A DNA stretch of 64,000 bases from Clostridia bacterium (GCA_050951325.1 JBMNIW010000005.1:32001-96000), one strand, 5' to 3'; shown: positions 29,165 through 39,850, numbered from the stretch's first letter. The notes: generated by a model from the sequence alone, not told the origin. Program-made: numbers and translations.

Positions 29165-30274
29165 ATGGATTGGAGAAGAGAACTGAGGAATAATGTAACT
29201 ACGGCTGAGGAAGTTTTTCAATGTTTGAATATTGAGGTTTCAAAAAAAGATTTACATAAGTACAATGAAATTATTGATAAGTTTCCCATGTCCGTATCAC
29301 AGTATTATCTGTCTCTAATTAATCCCGAGGACGAAGATGATGTGATTAGAAGAATGTGTGTGCCCTCTATCAATGAGACCGACTTAAGCGGAAGTTTTGA
29401 TACGAGCGGTGAAAAGGACAATACGGTTATGACGGGCTTGCAGCACAAATACAGGCAAACCGCACTCGTTTTGTCAACCAACAGGTGCGCCATGTACTGC
29501 AGGCATTGTTTTAGAAAAAGGCTTGTTGGTGTTAATGGTGATGAAATAACGAAGGAGTTTGACAACATCATCAACTACATAAGAGAGCATAAGGAAATAA
29601 ACAATGTACTCATATCCGGTGGAGATGCTTTTTTGAACAACAACAAAAAGATTGAGGAATATTTGGAAGCCCTGTGTGATATTGATCATCTTGATATAAT
29701 ACGCTTCGGAACAAGAACGCCTGTGGTGCTCCCTTCTAGAATTTATGATGATATGGAACTACTTGACATACTGGACAAGTATAGAAGAAAGAAAACAATT
29801 TATGTTGTTACTCATTTCAATCATTCGAGGGAGATAACAAAAGAGTCAAAAAGGGCAATAAGATGCCTGCTAGATCGTGGAATTATCATAAAGAATCAAA
29901 CAGTTCTTTTGAAAGGCATTAATGATGATGGAGAAACTCTTGCAAAACTAACTAACAACCTGACAAGGATTGGTGTTGTCCCATATTATGTTTTCCAATG
30001 CCGACCAGTAAAAGGTGTGAAGAATCAGTTTCAAGTGCCATTGTTGAAGGCGGAAAGAATAATAAAGGAAGCAAGGAAAAAGCTTAACGGACAGGGCAAA
30101 TGCTTCAGGTTTATCATGTCTACCGAAAGAGGAAAAATAGAGGTTATGGGATTGTTGAAAGAAAATAAAATGCTTTTTAAATTCCATCAGGCGAAATCCC
30201 CTGAAGATGAGAACAGGATTTTTGTAAAGGATATCAAGGAAGATCAGTGTTGGATTGATGTTTTTGATTCATAG
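29165..30274 (+). CDS. kamA: KamA-family radical SAM aminomutase
   Basis: GLQHKY, CAMYCRHCFRKR, SGGD, THFNH, NQTVLLKGIND, GK. Substrate not assignable from sequence. Confidence 0.88.
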   Translation: MDWRRELRNNVTTAEEVFQCLNIEVSKKDLHKYNEIIDKFPMSVSQYYLSLINPEDEDDVIRRMCVPSINETDLSGSFDTSGEKDNTVMTGLQHKYRQTALVLSTNRCAMYCRHCFRKRLVGVNGDEITKEFDNIINYIREHKEINNVLISGGDAFLNNNKKIEEYLEALCDIDHLDIIRFGTRTPVVLPSRIYDDMELLDILDKYRRKKTIYVVTHFNHSREITKESKRAIRCLLDRGIIIKNQTVLLKGINDDGETLAKLTNNLTRIGVVPYYVFQCRPVKGVKNQFQVPLLKAERIIKEARKKLNGQGKCFRFIMSTERGKIEVMGLLKENKMLFKFHQAKSPEDENRIFVKDIKEDQCWIDVFDS

Positions 30275-30304
30275 GAGGTGCTTTTTGCACCTCCTCTTTT
30301 CTTT
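30273..30304 (+). terminator. Rho-independent terminator
   Basis: AGGAGGTGC-TTTTT-GCACCTCCT plus a T-rich tail. Confidence 0.75.
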
Positions 30305-30384
30305 GTGTTATGTTTCTGCTATCATAATTTCCAATTGGTATGAGAATAATATATTGAAATATAGATATCAAACGGGGTGAAGGA

Positions 30385-33066
30385 ATGGACAGAAATGTAT
30401 TTAACGTAAAAAGGTATTTTGAAACAGGTGGAAAAAGATACAACTACTACAGTTTAAAAGCCCTTGAAGAGAATAAAAACATAAATGTGAAAAGGCTGCC
30501 GTATTCAATAAGGGTGTTGCTGGAATCCGTATTGAGACAGTATGACGGTTGGTCCATCAATGAAGAACATGTCTTAAACCTTGTAAATTGGAATACCGAC
30601 AAGTTTGATGAAAGAATTGATGTTCCATTCAAGCCTGCGAGAGTGCTGTTGCAGGATTTCACAGGAGTTCCTGCAATGGTGGATTTTGCATCCATGAGAA
30701 AGGCGATAGCGGACATTGGAGGTGATCCGAAGTGTATAAATCCAAACAGGAAGGCGGATTTGGTAATCGACCATTCTGTGCAGGTGGACAAGTATGCGTC
30801 TGGTGATGCGCTTAGTTTTAACATGGATATAGAGTTTGAAAGGAACGAAGAAAGATACAGATTTTTAAGTTGGGCACAGAAAGCTTTTTCAAATTTCAGA
30901 GTGGTTCCTCCAGCTACAGGCATTGTGCATCAGGTAAATCTTGAGTATCTTGCCCAAGTTGTTTTTGTGGATGAGGACGAAGACGAAATTCTTGCTTACC
31001 CTGATACGCTTGTAGGTACTGACTCCCATACAACCATGATAAACGGCCTTGGCATCCTGGGTTGGGGAGTGGGAGGTATTGAGGCGGAAGCCGGTATGTT
31101 GGGCAAAGCTTCATATTTCCCAGTGCCGGATGTGGTGGGTGTAAAACTTGCAGGAAGAATGAAGGAGGGAGCCACTGCAACGGATCTGGCCTTGTTGGTG
31201 ACGCATGTCTTAAGGAAGCATGGGGTGGTTGGCAAGTTTGTTGAGTATTTTGGAGAGGGAGTGTCAACACTCTCACTCGCAGACAGGGCAACTGTCAGCA
31301 ACATGGCTCCAGAATACGGAGCTACCTGTGGATTTTTTCCGGTTGATGAGGAAACCTTGAACTATTTGAAACTGACCGGCAGAAAAAAAGAGCATATTGA
31401 ATTGGTAGAGAGGTACTGTAGGGAGAATCTGATGTTTCGTGATTCGGGTTCGGTGCCTGAATACTCAGAAATTGTAGAAATTGATCTGGGAGAGGTGGAG
31501 GCGTGCCTTGCTGGCCCCAAAAGACCCCAGGATATCATACCCTTGTCCCTGATGAAGGAGGAGTTCGATCAATCTATTACAAGGGAAAAAGGTTATCGTG
31601 GTTTTGGTTTGTCAGAGAATATTGTTATGGATGGTGATAGAGCAAGTATAAAGAATGGTTCGGTGGTGATTGCCGCAATTACAAGCTGTACAAACACATC
31701 AAATCCGTTTGTTTTGATTGGTGCGGGATTACTTGCGAAGAAGGCCTGCGAGCTTGGTCTTGAGGTTCCTCCGCATGTTAAGACGTCCCTTGCACCAGGA
31801 TCGAAGGTTGTTACCGCATATTTGAGACAGTCCGGCCTTTTGGAGTATCTGGAAAGACTGGGATTTGGAGTTGTGGGATACGGATGCACCACATGCATAG
31901 GCAACTCAGGTCCATTGAGAAGGGAAGTTGAAGATGCCATTAAGGAAAATGATTTGCTGGTTGCATCTGTTTTGTCTGGGAACAGAAATTTTGAAGGAAG
32001 AATCCATCCTCTTGTAAAGGCAAATTATCTGGCATCGCCACCTTTGGTTGTGGCTTATGCCCTGGCAGGGAGCATGACTGTGGATTTGTACAAAGAACCT
32101 TTGGGTAGAGATAAAAATGGCCAGGATGTGTACCTTAAAGACATCTGGCCGACGAATAGGGAAATAGAGGAGATAATTCAGAAGGTAGTAGCCAGTGACT
32201 TGTTTGCCAAAGAATATGAGGATGTGTATGAAGGAAACAAACGCTGGAATGAAATTGCGGATGATAGTGGGGAGTTGTATGGTTTTGATGAAGAATCCAC
32301 ATATATTCAGAATCCTCCGTTTTTTGAAGGATTGAAACTGGAAGTTGAGAAAATCAAACCGTTAGAGAACTTAAGAGTTGTTGGTATGTTTGGTGATTAT
32401 GTTACCACAGACCACATATCACCCGCGGGTTCAATTAGCGAAGACAGTCCAGCCGGAAAGTATTTGTTGGAAAAAGGGGTAAAAAAGGAATCCTTCAACT
32501 CATATGGCTCCAGGAGAGGAAACCATGAAGTTATGATGCGGGGAACCCTTGCAAACATACGTTTAAACAACAAGCTGGCTGGAGGAAAGGAAGGAGGATT
32601 CACAAGGTATTTTCCAACAGGAGAAGTGACGAGCATCTATAATGCATGCATGAGATACAAACAGGAGGGTGTGGGTCTGGTTGTAATTGCTGGAGAGGGA
32701 TATGGCATGGGTTCGTCAAGAGACTGGGCTGCCAAAGGTGTAGCTTTGCTTGGGGTAAAGGCGGTAATAGCAAAGAGTTATGAAAGAATACACCGTTCTA
32801 ATCTTGCTTTGATGGGAGTTCTGCCTCTTCAGTTCAGGGAGGGCGAAAGTGCAGAAAGTCTTGAACTTACCGGAGAAGAGGTATTTACAATCCATGTTGA
32901 TGATCACATAAAACCAAGAAGTTTAGTAAAAGTTACAGCCTGTGACAAGGATGGTAATGAAAAGGAGTTTGAGGTTTTAGTTAGATTCGATTCGGAAGTG
33001 GAGATTGATTACTATCGCCATGGAGGCATACTTTCAATGGTGCTGAGGGAAAAGTTAAACGGATAA
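30385..33066 (+). CDS. acnA: Aconitate hydratase A (CitB/IRP type)
   Basis: [61 protein letters not shown]. Confidence 0.97.
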   Translation: MDRNVFNVKRYFETGGKRYNYYSLKALEENKNINVKRLPYSIRVLLESVLRQYDGWSINEEHVLNLVNWNTDKFDERIDVPFKPARVLLQDFTGVPAMVDFASMRKAIADIGGDPKCINPNRKADLVIDHSVQVDKYASGDALSFNMDIEFERNEERYRFLSWAQKAFSNFRVVPPATGIVHQVNLEYLAQVVFVDEDEDEILAYPDTLVGTDSHTTMINGLGILGWGVGGIEAEAGMLGKASYFPVPDVVGVKLAGRMKEGATATDLALLVTHVLRKHGVVGKFVEYFGEGVSTLSLADRATVSNMAPEYGATCGFFPVDEETLNYLKLTGRKKEHIELVERYCRENLMFRDSGSVPEYSEIVEIDLGEVEACLAGPKRPQDIIPLSLMKEEFDQSITREKGYRGFGLSENIVMDGDRASIKNGSVVIAAITSCTNTSNPFVLIGAGLLAKKACELGLEVPPHVKTSLAPGSKVVTAYLRQSGLLEYLERLGFGVVGYGCTTCIGNSGPLRREVEDAIKENDLLVASVLSGNRNFEGRIHPLVKANYLASPPLVVAYALAGSMTVDLYKEPLGRDKNGQDVYLKDIWPTNREIEEIIQKVVASDLFAKEYEDVYEGNKRWNEIADDSGELYGFDEESTYIQNPPFFEGLKLEVEKIKPLENLRVVGMFGDYVTTDHISPAGSISEDSPAGKYLLEKGVKKESFNSYGSRRGNHEVMMRGTLANIRLNNKLAGGKEGGFTRYFPTGEVTSIYNACMRYKQEGVGLVVIAGEGYGMGSSRDWAAKGVALLGVKAVIAKSYERIHRSNLALMGVLPLQFREGESAESLELTGEEVFTIHVDDHIKPRSLVKVTACDKDGNEKEFEVLVRFDSEVEIDYYRHGGILSMVLREKLNG

Positions 33067-33093
33067 AAGAGGGGGCTTGAAAACTCCTCTTTT
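33065..33093 (+). terminator. Terminator hairpin
   Basis: AAAAGAGGGG...CTCCTCTTTT. Confidence 0.65.
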
Positions 33094-33205
33094 ATATGGT
33101 AAATTTTTTAAAAGCTAATATTCATAGATTATTAATATTTATTTTATATAATTCCCTTTATCCTGAATAAACAGGGAGTCAAACTAGAAACAAGGTGATG
33201 TATAA

Positions 33206-33820
33206 ATGGATTTAGCGTTTAAAGACAGATTTGCTGATACGGCGTTAAGTTTGAAAAAATCTGAAAATTACTGCATTTACATAGTATTAAGCCATTCGAG
33301 TTCCGTAATCAGCAAAGCGATTTACCTCTATACAAGAGATGAGTATACGCATGCATCCATATCAATAGATAGAAATTTGGAAGCCCTATATGGCTTTGGC
33401 AGGAAGTGGCCCCGTTTTCCTTTTATAGGCTGTCTGAGAAGAGAGCTCATGGATCAAGGGTTTTATTCGTTATGTAAAACTGTTCCAGGCCTGATACTTA
33501 AATTTGATGTAACGGAAGAACAGTACAGACGCATAAAAAGGCTGTTGAGCTTTTATGTAAAGAATAAAGATTTATTTAAATACAATTTCCTTGGCTTCAT
33601 TGGGTACATGTTTAAAACAGAGATTAGAAGCAAAAGAAGATTTACATGCTCCGAGTTTGTAGCACATCTTTTGCAGAGTGCCCAGGTTGTAAAGTTTGAC
33701 AAACCTTTAAACCTCATTAGACCTCAAACATTTACCGAACTAGGTGGACAGATTGTATATAAAGGGGATCTGAAAAGTTTTTTCAAAAATCTTGAAAAGA
33801 ACAACAGTCTGATTGTTTGA
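33206..33820 (+). CDS. Hypothetical protein, permuted papain-like (YaeF/YiiX NlpC/P60-like) fold
   Basis: His precedes Cys: YTHASIS...KYNFLG...FTCSEFVA. Confidence 0.7.
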   Translation: MDLAFKDRFADTALSLKKSENYCIYIVLSHSSSVISKAIYLYTRDEYTHASISIDRNLEALYGFGRKWPRFPFIGCLRRELMDQGFYSLCKTVPGLILKFDVTEEQYRRIKRLLSFYVKNKDLFKYNFLGFIGYMFKTEIRSKRRFTCSEFVAHLLQSAQVVKFDKPLNLIRPQTFTELGGQIVYKGDLKSFFKNLEKNNSLIV

Positions 33821-34528
33821 TTAACTCTTTTTGCAAAGCAAAAAGTTGTCATCAATAACTTTTTTTCTTTGTTTCCAATCGGGCATGTATTTTACAAGCA
33901 GGGAGTAAAATTCCTGCTTGTGGTTTTGATGAACCAGATGTGCAAGTTCGTGCATAATTACATATTCGATACATTCATATGGAAGGCTTAGGAGGTATGA
34001 GTTAAGGTTTACCTTGTTAAGCCTTTTATTGCAGCTTCCCCATCTGGTGTACATTTTTTTGACACTGATGGAAGGTGTGTCTAAACACATATCGTTGAAG
34101 AATCTGCTTTGCTTGTTTATAATATCCGAAAAGGTTTTTTCGGCAAGGTTTTTCCACCATTTATCAAAAGTATTTTTCACTTTGCTTTCGTCTTCCACAT
34201 AGACAATCATAGAATCATCTTCCAGCAATACTTTGGGTTTTCCTTGTCTTGTATCTATAGTTTTTCTATCTCCAAAGAGATATATGTAACTGCCGGAGGA
34301 CAGGGACTCGTTTCCGAGGATAATGGATTTTTCAAGTTTTTTAATTCTTTGTGCAATCCAGGGTTTTGCATTGTCAAGAACTCTGTTTATTTCAAAAGTT
34401 TTTGCACCAAGAGGACATGTTATCCTAACATTCATGTCAGGAGTAACCCTCACAAGGTACCTGCTTGTCCTTTTGTACTCAATGTCAATATCTACGTCCC
34501 TGCCTATACTGTCTATATACAATCTCAC
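33821..34528 (-). CDS. YgjP/DUF45 (M48/SprT-like) zinc metallopeptidase-family protein
   Basis: MYTRWGSC, EYVIMHELAHLVHQNH..FY, MPDWK. Confidence 0.9.
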   Translation of the reverse strand: MRLYIDSIGRDVDIDIEYKRTSRYLVRVTPDMNVRITCPLGAKTFEINRVLDNAKPWIAQRIKKLEKSIILGNESLSSGSYIYLFGDRKTIDTRQGKPKVLLEDDSMIVYVEDESKVKNTFDKWWKNLAEKTFSDIINKQSRFFNDMCLDTPSISVKKMYTRWGSCNKRLNKVNLNSYLLSLPYECIEYVIMHELAHLVHQNHKQEFYSLLVKYMPDWKQRKKVIDDNFLLCKKS

Positions 34529-34591
34529 TTAACAAACACCCTCACAAATTGTTCTACAAGAATATATCATACATATGAAGAAACAACAACC

Positions 34592-35143
34592 TTAAAACTG
34601 AGACAGAATACCTTGAGTCATGTAATCGGCCATGGAAAGAGCCTGCTTTTCCATTTCATCAAGAAAGAAAACCTTTTCCTTTTGGTTTTCTGAAAGGGTT
34701 AGTTCAACCATTCTTTCCACCATTTTCAAATGCTCAAACAGCATGTTCTTCCATTCGTCCCGCCTCCAGTACTGGTTTATCTCAGACAAGAATCTGGCAA
34801 TGTCTTCTGCATTCTGGTACCATTGTCTTTTCAGTCTGTCCGCCTCCCTTGGATTGCCTGACAGAATAGCACTCAACATGTCTGCAGCCAGAACCAGGTG
34901 TTCTCTCAAAAGAGTTGCAAACAGATTCGAGACGTATCTTGAATAATACGGTACTAGTTCTCTTTCAAAGTCTTCCGGGTTTTGCAGAAGCCTTTGTCTT
35001 GCATATTTTGCATCAGGAAGATTCTGGACCATGCTGTTTATGAAATTGTATGTCCAGAATATGTGGTGTTCCCATAGGTTTCTCATTGCATTGTGTACTT
35101 TTATCCTTCGCTGGCATTTTCTACACATTGTTTGACCGTTCAT
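34592..35143 (-). CDS. Conserved helical protein of spore-formers (MR.LW..H..WT family)
   Basis: ATG 35143 after AGGAG. MRNLWEHHIFWT, LREHL, WYQNA, MLFEHL, MAD. A CATATTCT element upstream resembles a sigma-E/K -10. Confidence 0.75.
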   Translation of the reverse strand: MNGQTMCRKCQRRIKVHNAMRNLWEHHIFWTYNFINSMVQNLPDAKYARQRLLQNPEDFERELVPYYSRYVSNLFATLLREHLVLAADMLSAILSGNPREADRLKRQWYQNAEDIARFLSEINQYWRRDEWKNMLFEHLKMVERMVELTLSENQKEKVFFLDEMEKQALSMADYMTQGILSQF

Positions 35144-35264
35144 ACAAATCTCTCCTAAAACTAATATCAATACAGAATATGTTTTTGACATGTTTGAAGT
35201 GAAAAACATATGGACAACTTGGAAGCCGTGAAGTAGAATATAGGAAAAATGAAAGGAGCAAGAC

Positions 35265-35639
35265 ATGAGGTTTCATCATATCGGTATAACTACAAGGGAT
35301 ATTGAAAAATCAATAGAATTTTATAAAGTGTTGGGATTCAAAGAGTCAAAGACGTGGGGAGAGGGCAAGAAGCGAGTTGTGATGCTGGAAAGCGACGAAG
35401 GCGCTATTGTTGAACTTTTCGCAGATGGAGAGGATTTGCTCCCTGAAGGTGCTTTCAGGCATCTGGCACTTAAAGTGGACAATACAAGGGAGTTGTTTGA
35501 AAAGATAAAAGTTCATGGTGCTGAGATTGTTTCAGAACCAAGGGATATGGATCTTCCTTCAAATCCTCCTGTTCCTGTTACTCTTGCGTTTTTTAAAGGT
35601 CCGGACGGAGAGATAATTGAACTGTTTCAAGAAAGATAA
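35265..35639 (+). CDS. VOC (glyoxalase/bleomycin resistance) family protein
   Basis: HHIGI..DIEKSIEFY..LGF, HLAL, FFKGPDGEIIELF. Confidence 0.92.
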   Translation: MRFHHIGITTRDIEKSIEFYKVLGFKESKTWGEGKKRVVMLESDEGAIVELFADGEDLLPEGAFRHLALKVDNTRELFEKIKVHGAEIVSEPRDMDLPSNPPVPVTLAFFKGPDGEIIELFQER

Positions 35640-35661
35640 AAAGAGGCTCGAATGCCTCTTT
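35640..35661. terminator. Terminator hairpin
   Basis: AAAGAGGC-TCGAAT-GCCTCTTT. Confidence 0.7.
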
Positions 35662-35663
35662 AT

Positions 35664-35941
35664 TTATCTATTCACATAAACGGTTATGTCTTCGGTAACT
35701 GCATCCTCATAATTGATCGTAAAATATATTTACAAGAGTCACGCTCAATTTTTCATCAGAATCTAAAAACTTATATATGTATTTGGGGAACTCTTCTTTT
35801 TTGCTATATGTATATATCTTCCGGGTTTGTCAAATCAAATCCATATGGGTCGTGCTTTGACAAGAATCTGTAGTATGCGGTGTTGTCTTTTAAAAAAACG
35901 ACTCGCCTGAATAATGTTCTTTTCTTTGAATTATCCACCAT
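35664..35941 (-). pseudogene. Frameshifted gene remnant
   Basis: GGAGGAG then ATG 35941 gives 45 aa (MVDNSKKRTLF...) to TAG 35804. Protein-like text continues in two shifted frames to TAA 35664 at the terminator. Confidence 0.4.
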
Positions 35942-35959
35942 AACTCCTCCATTAAAAAG

Positions 35960-36206
35960 ATATAGGCTAAGTATATCTGTGATTGTGTCCTCAAGCAGGG
36001 ATGGTAAAAAAGCACGTTTTGAAACGGAAGGTGAAATAATGATTTATAACGGCAAGGAGGTCGTTGATTATTAGTACAAGGATACATCTTCAAAAGGCTG
36101 CAAAAAGGTAGTATACAATAAGGATAACCAAATTTACTACATAAACAATTACGGAACCTATGCTATTACGACAATTCTGGAATGGTATGAAATCAACAAG
36201 GGTTGA
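35960..36206 (+). pseudogene. Gene remnant with in-frame TAG
   Basis: ...DGKKARFETEGEIMIYNGKEVVDY*(TAG 36072)YKDTSSKG...EWYEINKG* stays in frame to TGA 36204. No convincing start. Confidence 0.4.
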
Positions 36207-36281
36207 CAGTCATGTGGTGTAATATGAATATTTGAATAAAAAGACCTTCGCATATAGTGATACAATAGAAAAGAAATATGT

Positions 36282-36310
36282 TTGACAAAAACAGCCACTT
36301 TTTGTATAAT
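36282..36310 (+). promoter_or_regulatory. sigma-A promoter of the T-box leader
   Basis: TTGACA-N17-TATAAT. Confidence 0.85.
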
Positions 36311-36319
36311 TAATCGAAA

Positions 36320-36561
36320 CAAAAAAAGGCGATGAAGGAGCCTGGCGTCGGTGATGACCCAATAGAGAGCTGATGGTTGGTGGAAATCAGCGGAAATCTC
36401 ACTGAATGCACATCCCTCCCGAGCTGATACGCTGAACGATGTCTGTCTATTAGGCGTTTTCCGGATGGCACCGTTACATGCCAGGATTTGATTGAATCTG
36501 CATTTTGAGTGGTTGCGGTAGGTAAACACAATCTCCGTCTCAAATGAGACGGGGTTTTTTT
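36320..36561 (+). ncRNA. T-box leader (Ile specifier AUC), atypical
   Basis: GA motif GCGATGA...GAGC, AGAGA, GGTGGAA, specifier ATC 36412-36414, F-box CCGTTA, antiterminator TTTGAG-TGGTT-GCGG/CCGT-CTCAAA, terminator CTCCGTCTCA-AA-TGAGACGGGG-T7. Confidence 0.85.
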
Positions 36562-36599
36562 GCATAATGGAGGATGTGTTTTGAAGGGAATTAAAAGAA

Positions 36600-36628
36600 T
36601 TGACATTGCAAAAAGCATGAAATATAAT
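36600..36628 (+). promoter_or_regulatory. Second sigma-A promoter of ileS, downstream of the T-box terminator
   Basis: TTGACA-N17-TATAAT. Confidence 0.8.
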
Positions 36629-36726
36629 TGAAAGAACATGCAAGTGTGGCATGTGTTTTTGTGTTTTAATCATATGTATGGCAATTACAGGCAATAATTT
36701 ATATAAACATTAATGGAGGGAAGAAA

Positions 36727-39516
36727 ATGGATTACAGCAAAATGCTAAATTTGCCCAAGACTGATTTTCCAATGAGAGCAAATTTGCCTCAAAGGGAACC
36801 GGAATATTTGAAGAAATGGGAAGAGGACAAGATATATGAAAAATTAATAGAAAGAGACAGGAACAACAAGAAGTTTGTTCTTCATGACGGCCCTCCTTAT
36901 GCAAATGGAGATATTCACCTGGGTACGGCACTAAATAAAATATTGAAGGACATTGTTGTCAAATACTACAGCATGAAGGGATACTACTCACCATACATGC
37001 CGGGATGGGACACTCATGGACTTCCTACAGAGCAGAGAGCAATCAAGGAACTTAATCTGAGAAGGGAAGAAGTGGGACCTGTAGTGTTTAGAAACGCATG
37101 CAGGGATTTTGCCTTGAAATATCTGGAAAGACAGAGGGAATCTTTCAAACGCCTAGGTGTAAGAGGAGACTGGGACAATCCATACATTACTCTTACCAAT
37201 GATTTTGAAGCTCGCCAGATAAAGGTATTTGGCACAATGGCGACAAAAGGATATATTTACAAGGGGCTTAGACCGGTTTACTGGTGCCCTGATTGTGAGA
37301 CTGCTCTTGCGGAAGCAGAGATTGAGTATCAGGAAGACTCGACAAGCTCAATCTTTGTAAAATTCAAGGTATCTGATGACAAGGGAAAGCTTGTTCCGTT
37401 TACCGGAAATCTTGACAAGACATATATTGTAATTTGGACGACCACTGCATGGACCCTGCCTGGAAATCTGGCAATTTCTCTGAATCCTGATTATGTATAT
37501 GCAGTAGTTAATGCAAATGGAGAATACTACCTGCTTGCCAAGGAACTGGTAGAAGACGTGATGGAGAACTGTGAGATAGAAGAGTATGAAATCGTAGGAG
37601 AGGTAAAGGGAGAGGAACTAGATCTTGTTGAATGCGAGCATCCTTTCCTTGACAGAAAATCCATAGTTGTGCTCGGCGATCATGTTACTCTTGAAGCAGG
37701 TACTGGTTGCGTTCATACAGCTCCTGGTTTTGGACACGAAGACTTTGAGGTATGCAAAAAGTATAATATAGAGACAATAGTTCCTGTGAATGAAAAGGGA
37801 ATGCAGACTGAAGATGCAGGACCTTTTGCAGGCATGTTCTATGAAAAATCCAACAAATATATTATAGAGCACTTGAGAGAGAGTGGACATCTACTCAAGG
37901 ATACAAAGATTATGCACCAATATCCACACTGTTGGAGATGCAAGGATCCCATTATCTTTAGAGCAACCGAGCAGTGGTTTGTTTCAATTGACGCATTCAG
38001 AGACGATGCTCTTGAGGCAATCAAGGGAGTAAGATGGATTCCTGGATGGGGAGAAGAAAGAATCAGCAAGATGGTGCAGGACAGAAGTGACTGGTGCATA
38101 TCACGTCAGCGTATTTGGGGCGTGCCAATTCCCATATTCTACTGCAAAAAGTGCGGAAAAGAGCTCATCAACGAGGATACTATTGAGAATATAAGCAAAG
38201 TATTTAATGAACGAGGTTCAAACAGCTGGTTTGAGCTTTCTGAAAAAGAGCTTATGGGCAAGGAATATGTCTGCGAGTGCGGCAGTACTGAATGGGAAAA
38301 GGAAACAGACATCATGGACGTCTGGTTTGATTCAGGCTCGACCCATTATGCCGTTGTAGACAACAGACCTGAACTTGGTGGAACTCCTGTAGAGATGTAT
38401 CTGGAAGGTTCCGATCAGCACAGAGGATGGTTCCAGTCTTCATTGCTAACAAGTGTTGCAATGGGCAAAGGCGCTCCATACAAGGAGGTTCTTACTCACG
38501 GTTATGTTGTTGACGGACATGGAAAGAAGATGTCAAAGTCTCTTGGCAATGTAATTGAGCCTCATACGGTAATCAAGAAATATGGTGCCGATATTTTGAG
38601 ATTGTGGGTTGCATCTTCGGATTACAAGGTTGACATTAGGGTGTCCGAAGACATCTTCAAACAGCTTTCCGAAGTGTACAGAAAGATTAGAAATACAGCA
38701 AGATTCATTCTTGGTAATATTAACGACTTTGATCCGAACAAGGATATGGTTGCGTATGAAGACATGATTGAGATTGACAGATGGGCGCTTTTGAAGCTTT
38801 ACAATCTCCTTCACAAGGTTAACGAGTCTTTTGACGAGTACGAGTTCCATGCGCTGTTTCATCAGATTCACAACTTCTGCGTGGTTGACATGAGTAACTT
38901 CTACCTTGACATCATCAAGGATAGATTGTATACATCAAGACCAGAAAGCAGCCTGAGAAGAAGTGCACAAAGTGCGATGTTCATCATACTCGACACTCTT
39001 GTACGCATACTGACTCCGGTACTTGCCTTTACAAGTGAAGAGATTTGGCAGCACATGCCACATAAGGAAGGCGACGAAACCTTGAGCATACAATTAAACT
39101 ACTGGCCTGAACTTACTGAAAGATACAAGGATAATACTTTGGAAGAGAAATGGGATAAACTTATTGATATTAAGTACGATGTGGCAAAGGTGTTGGAACT
39201 TGCACGTAATGAAAAGAAAATAGGTCACTCATTGGATGCAAGGGTTGTGGTTTATGCCGATGGTGAGGAGTTTTCATTTATAAAAGAGAACGAGGACCTT
39301 CTAAACACTGTATGCATAACCAGTGCATTTGAGGTTCGTAAATTGGGAGAAGCGCCGGAAAACGCAGCTGATTCAGAGTATTTTGAGAACATAAAACTCA
39401 TCGTCGAGGATGCTCCCGGTCATAAATGCGAAAGATGCTGGATGTATTCAGAAACTGTTGGTTCTGTGGAAGAACATCCGAGCATTTGCTCAAGATGCTA
39501 CAGCAACATTAAATAG
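36727..39516 (+). CDS. ileS: Isoleucyl-tRNA synthetase (type 1)
   Basis: [33 protein letters not shown]-terminal CERCW...CSRC. Confidence 0.98.
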   Translation: MDYSKMLNLPKTDFPMRANLPQREPEYLKKWEEDKIYEKLIERDRNNKKFVLHDGPPYANGDIHLGTALNKILKDIVVKYYSMKGYYSPYMPGWDTHGLPTEQRAIKELNLRREEVGPVVFRNACRDFALKYLERQRESFKRLGVRGDWDNPYITLTNDFEARQIKVFGTMATKGYIYKGLRPVYWCPDCETALAEAEIEYQEDSTSSIFVKFKVSDDKGKLVPFTGNLDKTYIVIWTTTAWTLPGNLAISLNPDYVYAVVNANGEYYLLAKELVEDVMENCEIEEYEIVGEVKGEELDLVECEHPFLDRKSIVVLGDHVTLEAGTGCVHTAPGFGHEDFEVCKKYNIETIVPVNEKGMQTEDAGPFAGMFYEKSNKYIIEHLRESGHLLKDTKIMHQYPHCWRCKDPIIFRATEQWFVSIDAFRDDALEAIKGVRWIPGWGEERISKMVQDRSDWCISRQRIWGVPIPIFYCKKCGKELINEDTIENISKVFNERGSNSWFELSEKELMGKEYVCECGSTEWEKETDIMDVWFDSGSTHYAVVDNRPELGGTPVEMYLEGSDQHRGWFQSSLLTSVAMGKGAPYKEVLTHGYVVDGHGKKMSKSLGNVIEPHTVIKKYGADILRLWVASSDYKVDIRVSEDIFKQLSEVYRKIRNTARFILGNINDFDPNKDMVAYEDMIEIDRWALLKLYNLLHKVNESFDEYEFHALFHQIHNFCVVDMSNFYLDIIKDRLYTSRPESSLRRSAQSAMFIILDTLVRILTPVLAFTSEEIWQHMPHKEGDETLSIQLNYWPELTERYKDNTLEEKWDKLIDIKYDVAKVLELARNEKKIGHSLDARVVVYADGEEFSFIKENEDLLNTVCITSAFEVRKLGEAPENAADSEYFENIKLIVEDAPGHKCERCWMYSETVGSVEEHPSICSRCYSNIK

Positions 39517-39520
39517 CTAT

Positions 39521-39552
39521 AAAAGAGATCGAAAGAAATTTCGGTCTCTTTT
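39521..39552. terminator. Bidirectional terminator
   Basis: AAAAGAGATCGAAA...TTTCGGTCTCTTTT. Confidence 0.75.
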
Positions 39553-39556
39553 GGTT

Positions 39557-39850
39557 TCATTTGCATTTTGAGTTTACTGCATTCAATATGTCTGCAATGA
39601 AGTCGGAGATATAGGGGAGGTTTTGTCTAACCACCCACTGAAGTATGAGTATGATAATTGCGGAAATGATGGAGAATCCTATGGCTCCTCCAAGGCCTCT
39701 GGCAAGACCGCTCAGAAAGTTTGACCACAGGAGCTTGTATGGATTTTCCTTGTAATAGATGTAGTCAAGAAATTTGATGCGCTCCATTCTAAGGTTTAGC
39801 ATGCGCAGTTGTTTTTGTATTTTATTGAATCTTTTTCTATTACCGAACAT
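39557..39850 (-). CDS. DUF5665-family small membrane protein
   Basis: LLWSNFLSGLARGLGGAIGF, NLPYISDFIADI. Confidence 0.85.
   Translation of the reverse strand: MFGNRKRFNKIQKQLRMLNLRMERIKFLDYIYYKENPYKLLWSNFLSGLARGLGGAIGFSIISAIIILILQWVVRQNLPYISDFIADILNAVNSKCK

Noticed and set aside
25369-30274. kamA about 3 kb from efp as an EpmB-type EF-P beta-lysylation system
   Set aside because: There is no epmA in the window, mntR-feoAB separates the genes, and kamA has its own sigma-54-like promoter. Proximity alone is insufficient.
30305-30384. CcpC/LysR box or IRE-like hairpin upstream of acnA
   Set aside because: Only weak AT-rich dyads are present, with no clear ATAA-N7-TTAT or CAGUG loop.
34592-35143. 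'Acetylglutamate kinase' label often attached to this protein family
   Set aside because: It has no amino-acid-kinase motifs. It is a short helical protein with conserved His and Trp residues.
36072-36074. In-frame TAG as pyrrolysine readthrough
   Set aside because: No pyl genes are in the window, TAG ends normal genes here (dpaB, rny, ileS), and the frame has no start. A nonsense mutation is simpler.
39557-39850. DUF5665 convergent with ileS as a definite third inversion
   Set aside because: I am not certain of the ancestral orientation of this gene, so it is mentioned only as a possibility.
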